Shown here one piece after another: positions 1 through 7,311 of a DNA stretch of 33,110 nucleotides. The stretch spans positions 1 to 33,110 of IMG/VR virus record IMGVR_UViG_3300016476_000460; one strand, written 5' to 3'. Position 1 is the stretch's first letter; each line of letters begins with the position of its first letter. This DNA is from a virus (Duplodnaviria; Caudoviricetes). The translations under genes and the position numbers were made by a program. Below the pieces are notes generated by a model. It had not been told where the DNA came from. It saw only the letters and a program-made list of their open reading frames with translations, and did not search any database.

Positions 1-913
1 TGCCCTTTTGACGAACAATGTATCCAGCTTCTGGATTAGCGTATGCAAATGATGCTCCTGCTGCGTTTGCGAGAGCACTCGCGGATAATTCAATAGAATC
101 TTGCTGTGCATCAGGAGTACCGGTTGCGTTTGATAGAGCTACTTCTGCACCACCTTGGGTAGATGATACTGTGAATGCAGCAGCGTTTGCGATAGCTTTG
201 ACAAAATATGTAGTACCTGCAACAAGCCCGCCTAAGTTAGCAGTAAATCTAACTGGACCATCTACAATTAAAGTTTGTGCATTACCAGTGGTACCGATTA
301 TATTACCTGTAGTAGCTGTATTTGCTACTTCTACTGTAACAAATCCGGTAAGAGTGTCTACTCTACCTAAATCTACTACTGATCCGTCGGTGTTAACTAA
401 TTGAACGTAGCTATTAGCTACAACAGTATTTGATAAATCTGTTCCTACACCAAATACAGTAGTGGAAGCAGTGTTTGCATAAAGTACACCAGTTCCGTTT
501 CTTCCAATAGCGATATTAGCAAGAACTTGATCACCGAAGAGTGCTGTATTACCACCAACTATACCGTATGTGTTAGCAGTACCTTGAGGATTATTGAATC
601 CTGAGTTTACTAAACCAACAGTAGCTGCTACTGTTACCGGGCCAGCGTTAGTTAAGTTTACTGGTGTGTAATCAGGGTTTGCGTTAAGTGGTGTTAATGA
701 CGCAGTGAAAGTAGTATCAGACAGAACTTGTAGAATCCAGTATGTAGTACCACCAGTTAAACCACCTACAGTAGTTGCAGGAATAAATGGCATACCTGCA
801 ATAATTCCAAGTGTTGTTAAATTTGATGAAGTAGTAACTACTTCAGTTGTACCGTTAGTTGCAGTGATCGTAATAACGGCTTGTGCTTTTGCGATTTTTA
901 ATGGGCGGCCCAT
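1..913 (-). CDS. Virion structural protein, runs off the left window edge (MGRPLKIAKAQAVITITATNG...YIVRQKG)
   Basis: Not in the ORF track because it has no stop inside the window. Hand-translated from ATG 913 with AAGGAGA SD; T/G/A/V/N-rich beta-type composition; downstream of a GATAAATA box. Confidence 0.75.
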   Translation of the reverse strand, partial: MGRPLKIAKAQAVITITATNGTTEVVTTSSNLTTLGIIAGMPFIPATTVGGLTGGTTYWILQVLSDTTFTASLTPLNANPDYTPVNLTNAGPVTVAATVGLVNSGFNNPQGTANTYGIVGGNTALFGDQVLANIAIGRNGTGVLYANTASTTVFGVGTDLSNTVVANSYVQLVNTDGSVVDLGRVDTLTGFVTVEVANTATTGNIIGTTGNAQTLIVDGPVRFTANLGGLVAGTTYFVKAIANAAAFTVSSTQGGAEVALSNATGTPDAQQDSIELSASALANAAGASFAYANPEAGYIVRQKG

Positions 914-999
914 TTGTTTTCTCCTTTAAATGTTGCGGGTTCTAGCCGCTACGCGGTGGGTTTCCGCATAAAATTCTCCCTATGAGAATGTTATAAAGC

Positions 1000-1007
1000 T
1001 ATTTATC
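1000..1007 (-). promoter_or_regulatory. T4-like late promoter box GATAAATA
   Basis: Same octamer recurs before late genes on the minus strand at 3276-3283, 5859-5866, 7272-7279 and 10033-10040; resembles T4 TATAAATA. Confidence 0.7.
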
Positions 1008-1021
1008 TGTAACCTGTAAAA

Positions 1022-1561
1022 TTAGAACCCAGTAGTACCAGTATTAGCGTGAGGCATACCTAGCTCAGTAATACTAATCTGGCTATTTGATCCCATGCTT
1101 AAAAACGAAACTACATTACCTTGCCCCACAATTACTGTATTAACTATCGTATTTGCAGGAATAATACCGCTAGCAGTAGGACAATTAGATGGGTCTAGTG
1201 TTTCGTCTATATAAGGAACACCGTAAGGAGAATAAGTAAAACCTTCATCAGTAAGTGCCACATTAGCATTAGCAGTTAGAGTTAAACTAACGTTATTTGC
1301 TATAGAAGAAACTATACCTACTGTTACCCCTGTTGCATTACCTATCCAGTAACCATTACCTAACTGAGTAGTAAAACTGGTTCCGATACCATCTACGTTC
1401 GCAGAATTTGTAAGAGTAGTTAAGTTTCCTGTTCCTGCAGTATTAGGAAATCCCACTGCATAAAGAACAGGCTCTATTGTAGCAATACGTACTCTGTCAG
1501 TTGCTATATTAGCTGATACTGTTGCAGATACGTTGCTTGAATTATAAACATATGTTGTCAT
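1022..1561 (-). CDS. Putative virion structural protein
   Basis: 179 aa, T/N/G/V-rich, in the late module, AGGA SD. Confidence 0.6.
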   Translation of the reverse strand: MTTYVYNSSNVSATVSANIATDRVRIATIEPVLYAVGFPNTAGTGNLTTLTNSANVDGIGTSFTTQLGNGYWIGNATGVTVGIVSSIANNVSLTLTANANVALTDEGFTYSPYGVPYIDETLDPSNCPTASGIIPANTIVNTVIVGQGNVVSFLSMGSNSQISITELGMPHANTGTTGF

Positions 1562-1581
1562 TTTGTTATTCCTATATTAAA

Positions 1582-3243
1582 TTATGAGTAGGTAGCGCCT
1601 ACTGTATACCACTGAGTGGCGCTTACTGCGTAATACTGCAAGCTGGCTCCAGCTACATGTGAATACGCGATATTTGTTGCCAATGAATTTATTGCTCCTC
1701 CAGTTGAAGGATATACATTGAGTGCGTTAGCACTAGTGTTATTTACGATAATAACCATACCAGCGATTGCTACAGGCAATCTTACGCCTTGTCCTGCACT
1801 TACGGTTGACACTACATTAATGTCTTTCGATAATAAAGTAGAATCTCCTTGAACAGTTCCTGCTGCACTTATGCCTACGCCCACACTGCGTATAACATGA
1901 CTTGATGTTGTTACGTTTGCTGCTGTGATATTGCCTGTATACGTTGGAAGATAAGAAGCAACATTTGCGTTACTATATGTTCCTGAAAATGATATCGCAA
2001 CTCCATTCGCATAGTAATAGTTGTCTGTTTTTATTCCTGTAGGAATCGTATTACCAGTAATGGTCAAATCACCAGTAACGTTAGCGCCTGTAGTGGTAGC
2101 TCTAAACCTTTCACTACCTGCTACTGTAATTGTTACGTTTCCACTTGCAGTAATAGCAACATTACTGGTGCCGTTAAATATTCTGTTTGTTGATACGCTA
2201 TTAGCGATCACGTTAGCATTAGCATCACGAAGAACAATAGTTGTAGCAGCGGCAGCAGCCGACGTATCGTATCCGTCTAACAAATCGGCATTTAAATTTG
2301 TCACTTTAGTAGTAGATGCTACCACCAAAGGCGCAGTTCCGGTAGACACGGTAGAAGTTATTTGACTTGAAGCAGACAATGCGCCAGTTGTTATTGTTCC
2401 AGCGGCTATCGTGCCTGATGCAGTAATATTGCCACTTACCGTATTGCCGGTAACAGTTAATACTCTAGTGGAGTAATTCCAAACTAAATTTGCATCAGCC
2501 GCAAATCCAGAACCATTGTTGTATTGGATTTGAGTATTGCTACCGCCTACTACTCCAGCGCCACCTGAACCACCTAAAGAAGTGGTAGCAACACCGTTTC
2601 CTGTATAGGTTAAAGTAGTTCCGTCTACTGGACCTACTGCGCCTGAACTAGTATAAAGAGAAACATTTCCTGAAGTTGGAAAGTCAATAGCCAACCTTAC
2701 GTAAAATGTCTGACCGTTTACTATACTTGCATTAGTACCTGAAACACCAGTGATTGTTACTTGAGCATCATTAACGTATGGAGTTGTATTAGCAACAGTC
2801 ATTACAATAGGGTTGGCTGAACTTAACCCTAGTATGTTAGTATACAATGCACCCTTGGGTTCCCAGGTTAGATTGCCTGAACCATCAGTAGATAATACAT
2901 AATTAACTGATCCGCCGTCGATTCTAATATCTGACACATCGCCTAATGTTATTAGTCCACCAGCTGCTCCGCCTCGATTAACCCATGCGTTGCCGTTGTA
3001 GACTAATAGTTCACCATCAGCAACCGTATTACTAATATTAAGGTTGCCAAAAGAACCGTTGATCTGGTTAAAATCGATAATTGAATAAGAAGTCAAAACT
3101 TCTATATTTTCGTTGGGGGTTTCTTTACCGATAAACAACCTTTTTTCATCGGTTGCCCAGCCAAATTCTGCTTCAGAGAGTTGAGGAAGATCAACTAAAT
3201 CACCTGATCTTTGCTGCTGTTTTGAAATCTGTATAATGGCCAT
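1582..3243 (-). CDS. Tail fibre / appendage protein with Mtd_N-like N-terminus
   Basis: N-terminal LPQLSEAEFGWATDEKRLFIG resembles the major-tropism-determinant N domain; fibre-type segments GGSNTQIQYN, GTAPLVVASTTKVTNLNADLLDG. Confidence 0.75.
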   Translation of the reverse strand: MAIIQISKQQQRSGDLVDLPQLSEAEFGWATDEKRLFIGKETPNENIEVLTSYSIIDFNQINGSFGNLNISNTVADGELLVYNGNAWVNRGGAAGGLITLGDVSDIRIDGGSVNYVLSTDGSGNLTWEPKGALYTNILGLSSANPIVMTVANTTPYVNDAQVTITGVSGTNASIVNGQTFYVRLAIDFPTSGNVSLYTSSGAVGPVDGTTLTYTGNGVATTSLGGSGGAGVVGGSNTQIQYNNGSGFAADANLVWNYSTRVLTVTGNTVSGNITASGTIAAGTITTGALSASSQITSTVSTGTAPLVVASTTKVTNLNADLLDGYDTSAAAAATTIVLRDANANVIANSVSTNRIFNGTSNVAITASGNVTITVAGSERFRATTTGANVTGDLTITGNTIPTGIKTDNYYYANGVAISFSGTYSNANVASYLPTYTGNITAANVTTSSHVIRSVGVGISAAGTVQGDSTLLSKDINVVSTVSAGQGVRLPVAIAGMVIIVNNTSANALNVYPSTGGAINSLATNIAYSHVAGASLQYYAVSATQWYTVGATYS

Positions 3244-3283
3244 AAGATATAACTTTCCATAATAGTGTTATATCTTATTTATC
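3242..3283 (-). promoter_or_regulatory. Late promoter GATAAATA overlapping a 12-bp hairpin that covers the tail-fibre start codon
   Basis: Perfect inverted repeat 3242-3253 / 3267-3278 (ATAAGATATAAC / GTTATATCTTAT); promoter box at 3276-3283. Confidence 0.7.
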
Positions 3284-3294
3284 ATTATTGAGTG

Positions 3295-3324
3295 CTAAAC
3301 GAACTGGGAGTAATGTTCTTCTAA
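3295..3324 (-). pseudogene. Orphan remnant of an exonuclease 3' end (LEEHYSQFV*)
   Basis: Aligns codon-for-codon with the exonuclease terminus IEKYYLMFV* (4043-4072) on the far side of the HNH gene. Confidence 0.55.
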
Positions 3325-3325
3325 T

Positions 3326-3333
3326 GATAAATA
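3326..3333 (+). promoter_or_regulatory. Late promoter box GATAAATA for the HNH gene
   Basis: Octamer ~70 nt upstream of ATG 3404, followed by a stem-loop and AAGGAG SD. Confidence 0.65.
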
Positions 3334-3403
3334 AAAGTGTAGTTCGCGGAATGGGGATTCCCAACTACTCTAATGCTAATATAATTAAAGGAGAAGCATC
3401 AGC

Positions 3404-4057
3404 ATGACTATTTATTGCGGCACCGACAAATATCGTAAAATCTACGAAAATCATTACGGTCCTATTCCAAAAGACGAAACTGGACGCACATATGAAATCC
3501 ATCACATAGACGGAGATCGTAAAAACAATAATCCTGGTAATTTAAAATGTGTATCTATACAAGAACATTATGATATTCATTATAGTCAAGGTGATTGGGC
3601 AGCAGCCGCTAGAATAGCAGATAAGATGAAAATAGACAAAGAAACACGGTCTTTATTGTCTAGAACCCATAATCTACAGATGTCTAAAGAAAATAGACAT
3701 CCATGGCAAACCTCCGAATTTGCGAGAGCCCGAAACAAAAGATTAGTAGAGGAAGGTAGACACAACTTTTTGGGAGGAGAAGTTCAGCGAAAAATGAACA
3801 TTAATAGAGTCAAAAATAAAACCCATCCATTCATGAAAGACGATAACGGAGAAAGTCTAGCATCTAAGAGAGTTAAAGAGGGTACTAATCCTTTTAGTAA
3901 ACGCGCAGACGGTAGTAGTATAGCGTCAGAAGCAATCGCCAAAGGAACACATCCTACACAGAAAATATGGAAATGTGAGCATTGTTTAGTTGAAGGCAAA
4001 GGAGCAAGCAATTTTACCAGATATCATATCAATGGAAAATGCCTACACAAACATTAA
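3404..4057 (+). CDS. Free-standing HNH homing endonuclease
   Basis: YEIHHIDGDRKNNNPGNLKCVSIQEH HNH motif; repeated GxHPF/HNF units; C-terminal CxxC..H; opposite strand to its neighbours. Confidence 0.9.
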   Translation: MTIYCGTDKYRKIYENHYGPIPKDETGRTYEIHHIDGDRKNNNPGNLKCVSIQEHYDIHYSQGDWAAAARIADKMKIDKETRSLLSRTHNLQMSKENRHPWQTSEFARARNKRLVEEGRHNFLGGEVQRKMNINRVKNKTHPFMKDDNGESLASKRVKEGTNPFSKRADGSSIASEAIAKGTHPTQKIWKCEHCLVEGKGASNFTRYHINGKCLHKH

Positions 4058-4741
4058 ATAATATTTTTCTATTCGCTGCCACATCAATTGCTCTATTTTT
4101 TTCCAGTCGGATGGTTCAATAATGAACTCCTGATACTCGAAATTGGAAGAACACATCATTATTACTCCGGTATTTATATTCGTATTGAACATATTGTTGT
4201 GTGCAGTACCGTAAAAAACTAATTGCAAAAAGTAATCAGTTATCCATTCTCGTTTTTTTTGGCGATTAGTTTGTTTAAAATCAATAATAGCTTCATTCCC
4301 CGAATGCACACCAACGCAGTCTGTTGTTCCTGCATATATATCATCAAACCAAAGTGATGTTTCGGTACCCCATACTTCTTGACAGTTTATTAATCCATTA
4401 AATATTATTTCGTTAGCCATTTTACTTGCTTGAACACTGTATGGATTTGAACCAGGGGAAGGCAACTGTTTATTTTTTATGTAATTTTCTAAAAAAGTAT
4501 GCATTCGAGTTCCACGTCCAGCAGATTCAGTAGTGATCGCTTGTGCTTGTTTGTGTCCTACACGATTACGCCAATTTTGTAACGCTTTTTTAGCTTCTTC
4601 TGGTTTAGTAGCATCTAAGATAGTTGTAACACTAGGAACAGCAAAGCCGTCAGGTGTTATGTACTTTCTAGAACCGCTTGTATTGGTTCTTTTTAACTCG
4701 GTATAGTTAAAACGATTGGTATTGTAAATTGGATTGGTCAA
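4043..4741 (-). CDS. PD-(D/E)xK exonuclease (Cas4/RecB-like phage exonuclease)
   Basis: PSVTTIL, RGTRMH, AGTTD..IIDFKQ, QLxxY motifs; TTG start. Confidence 0.85.
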   Translation of the reverse strand: MTNPIYNTNRFNYTELKRTNTSGSRKYITPDGFAVPSVTTILDATKPEEAKKALQNWRNRVGHKQAQAITTESAGRGTRMHTFLENYIKNKQLPSPGSNPYSVQASKMANEIIFNGLINCQEVWGTETSLWFDDIYAGTTDCVGVHSGNEAIIDFKQTNRQKKREWITDYFLQLVFYGTAHNNMFNTNINTGVIMMCSSNFEYQEFIIEPSDWKKIEQLMWQRIEKYYLMFV

Positions 4742-4767
4742 TTGATTCTCTCTGATAATGTTTATAT

Positions 4768-4796
4768 ATTATACTGTATATTCACAAACTTATCAA
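4768..4796 (-). promoter_or_regulatory. sigma70-like promoter TTGATA-N17-TATAAT upstream of the exonuclease
   Basis: Consensus-like -35/-10 in the intergenic gap. Confidence 0.55.
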
Positions 4797-4808
4797 TAGA
4801 TAAAACAA

Positions 4809-5132
4809 TTATTTCATGGCTTTTTTAGCCATTTGTGCAACAGTTTTTTCTTGCTCAGATTCTTGATCAGGATTTTCTGAATCATTTTGACCTTTGAAAA
4901 CAACTTCATCACCTTGAATATTATCAATAACTTTATCCAAGGGAGGAACTTGTATCATGTTGTATAAATCAGTTACATCTAAAATTATATCGTAGTCTTG
5001 AAAATAATCTAATAACTGATCTGTAGTCATGCCAAAATTAAGTTTACCATCTTCCAGATCAGTTTTTAGTTGATCGACAACTGCAACCAAGGTAGCGTCA
5101 TCGAAACCATTTTCAAGTTCAAAAAGGCGCAT
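4809..5132 (-). CDS. Acidic hypothetical protein, possible head-associated protein
   Basis: ORF; starts MRLFE; stop/start overlap with upstream gene. Confidence 0.6.
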   Translation of the reverse strand: MRLFELENGFDDATLVAVVDQLKTDLEDGKLNFGMTTDQLLDYFQDYDIILDVTDLYNMIQVPPLDKVIDNIQGDEVVFKGQNDSENPDQESEQEKTVAQMAKKAMK

Positions 5133-5833
5133 TATCTTTTTGCTCTTCCTACTCCACCTACTGGTGCAATTTCTGGTTCTTCTAGGTCTTCGATATCAGA
5201 GTCTATATCGTCTATACCAAAGTCATCATCAACTGTGTCATCTACCTCTAAGTCGCTGTCATCCATTCCTGAATCATCAGTAGCGAATGAATCCATGCCA
5301 CCCTGACCAGTAATTGATCCCAATGCACCTTGTAATGAGGTCTTAGCACTTGATAATGCGTCATTTAATGATCTTAAAGCATCTCCGGCTTGTGTGTTAA
5401 ACTCTTCGCTTTCATTCACACCAATTTCAGATTGTATGCTGCTTACTAACGCAGGTAGTTCTTTAACCATCATGTCATTAACATCTTCGTACATTTTTTG
5501 TACGCTATCAATCATGTCTTGGGCAGCTAAGATTACTTGTGACTTCTCAACTTCTTCGTTTTCTACTACAATATTTGGTCTAGGTGCATTCATTAAATCT
5601 CGATAGTGAGACTTAAGTGCTTGCTCCATGAATACTAGTTTCATGTATGCAGGCTTAGTTTGATTCTTGTAGAAGTTGCTTGATTGCTTGGCCTCTTTGA
5701 TAAGACTGGTAACTTTGTTCAACATGTTTTTAGTTTTTGTCTTATCTAAAGAATCAACATTGAAAGACATATCAAAATTCTCTTTCAATGCCTTTCTTGC
5801 GTAGTTCTTAGAGTCTAATTCGTTTAAGTTCAT
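5132..5833 (-). CDS. Putative prohead core/scaffold-like protein
   Basis: Helical, very acidic C-terminal tail, starts MNLNE, GATAAATA box at 5859-5866; function is inference. Confidence 0.5.
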   Translation of the reverse strand: MNLNELDSKNYARKALKENFDMSFNVDSLDKTKTKNMLNKVTSLIKEAKQSSNFYKNQTKPAYMKLVFMEQALKSHYRDLMNAPRPNIVVENEEVEKSQVILAAQDMIDSVQKMYEDVNDMMVKELPALVSSIQSEIGVNESEEFNTQAGDALRSLNDALSSAKTSLQGALGSITGQGGMDSFATDDSGMDDSDLEVDDTVDDDFGIDDIDSDIEDLEEPEIAPVGGVGRAKR

Positions 5834-5861
5834 AGTAATGTTTCCATTGTTTAATAATTAT

Positions 5862-6335
5862 TTATCTTTTATTTCGTGTTTTGGCTTTATCAAAACTTTT
5901 TGATTGCCAACCCTTCGATATGTTTATAAATCTATTTAGCTGTTTTAATAAGAAACTCTTCTTTATATTATCTTCTTCTATCTTGATAATATAAACAGTT
6001 TTGAAGTTTTCGTCGGTCATGTTATTAAGTATTTTTCTTTTCTGTGTTAAGTCAATTTCTAAACTAGACAGTTTAAAATCTAGTTCTTCTATTTTCCTGC
6101 ATTCTACTGTTTTATTCTTTTCTTTAAAAACACACCAAGTAATTGCTGTCTTAAGAGTATTAAATGTTTTCTCTATACTGTCATTTTTTACTGAATAGTA
6201 ATTATCTACTTTGCTTATAATATACTTCCCGAACAATATGTATTTGTCACTGTCTACGGGCAGTAACATCACATCCATTGTTTCAGGATTTTTCGTTATT
6301 TGTTTCTTTATAAATTTGTCTACTTTATGATTCAT
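5862..6335 (-). CDS. Hypothetical protein
   Basis: ORF packed in operon. Confidence 0.6.
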   Translation of the reverse strand: MNHKVDKFIKKQITKNPETMDVMLLPVDSDKYILFGKYIISKVDNYYSVKNDSIEKTFNTLKTAITWCVFKEKNKTVECRKIEELDFKLSSLEIDLTQKRKILNNMTDENFKTVYIIKIEEDNIKKSFLLKQLNRFINISKGWQSKSFDKAKTRNKR

Positions 6336-6763
6336 TATACACGCTCGAAGTGAATGTTTTTTAATTGCATGGTGGTGTCTAAAAAGCTAGTAGTCATCAC
6401 ATCTTCTGTACCACACAGCACCATAGGTACTCCATTACAATCTGAGTAAAGAGATCCTAGTTCATCTATGCCATCGTCGAATACACTAGGATGTTGTATA
6501 TCAAAATCAAAAACCCAACAAGTTTGTATTTTATTTTGATACTCGACACCAAAGTAGTTTAAGTTATTAGTTTGTATTTTTTTAGGATATTCAGTTATAT
6601 CAGGCTGTGATCGTAATGAGATAATTTGTATGATAGTATCAAAGTTACATTGACTATTGCGCTGCGTCAGCCAAGTACCCACATCGTCTGCGGGCTTTGA
6701 TCTGCTTGTAACACCTGTTCTAGTAATATCAAATAGGGTATAACATCTAATTCTGTATGACAT
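6335..6763 (-). CDS. Hypothetical protein (start probably MSYRIRC at 6763)
   Basis: ORF track gives 6781, but an AATAAATA box at 6769-6776 favours the downstream ATG. Confidence 0.6.
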   Translation of the reverse strand: MSYRIRCYTLFDITRTGVTSRSKPADDVGTWLTQRNSQCNFDTIIQIISLRSQPDITEYPKKIQTNNLNYFGVEYQNKIQTCWVFDFDIQHPSVFDDGIDELGSLYSDCNGVPMVLCGTEDVMTTSFLDTTMQLKNIHFERV

Positions 6764-6780
6764 GCTAGTATTTATTGGCA

Positions 6781-6815
6781 TAAAAAAACCCTGAGAAAAT
6801 CTCAGGGTTCTTTTT
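6781..6815 (-). terminator. Rho-independent terminator (possibly bidirectional)
   Basis: Stem AACCCTGAGA/TCTCAGGGTT (6787-6809) with T-runs on both strands. Confidence 0.8.
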
Positions 6816-6837
6816 GTATTGCGTTAAACTAATAAAA

Positions 6838-7227
6838 TCAATTTGTGAATGTAGCAGTAGCAGCGATAGAAACAGCTTCACCAGCTGCATCAGTGATAGC
6901 TTGGTCAAGTGTACCAGCACCAGTTGCAGTTACATCGCCCCATGCTCCAACAGGATACATAGCAACAGCTAATGTGTCGTTTGTATCAGTTGTGAATTCA
7001 TAGATGTATACTGTAGCCAACTGCTGAATAGTATTGATAGTTGCTAAAATCTGTGCGCCAGTAGTGCTAGAACCAGTGAAGGTTACTGTGAAGTATTCAA
7101 GCTTTGGACCTTGTGGTTGAACAGTTGCGCCAGAAGTAACTGTGTTTACACCAGTGTTGGTGTAAGACTGTGCGTCCATGTTTAATACTGGTTTAAAATC
7201 ACCACTAACTCTTGTAAATTGTGCCAT
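6838..7227 (-). CDS. Small virion structural protein (decoration-type)
   Basis: T/A/G-rich, strong GAGG SD, own GATAAATA box (7272-7279) and terminator. Confidence 0.6.
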   Translation of the reverse strand: MAQFTRVSGDFKPVLNMDAQSYTNTGVNTVTSGATVQPQGPKLEYFTVTFTGSSTTGAQILATINTIQQLATVYIYEFTTDTNDTLAVAMYPVGAWGDVTATGAGTLDQAITDAAGEAVSIAATATFTN

Positions 7228-7311
7228 TTTTTAATTCCTCTATATATGTGAGACCTACTGTCTCTTAAAAATATTTATCATTAATGGCAAAAAATACTGG
7301 TTTAAGGCTAA

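Noticed and set aside
18-929. Plus-strand ORFs 18-404 and 705-929, and other antisense ORFs (e.g. 2021-2365, 9171-9698, 29501-29951, 31817-32823)
   Set aside because: Shadows of well-supported minus-strand genes, without SD or recognisable motifs
4043-4741. CRISPR-associated Cas4
   Set aside because: No Fe-S cysteine cluster and no CRISPR context; fits a stand-alone phage exonuclease
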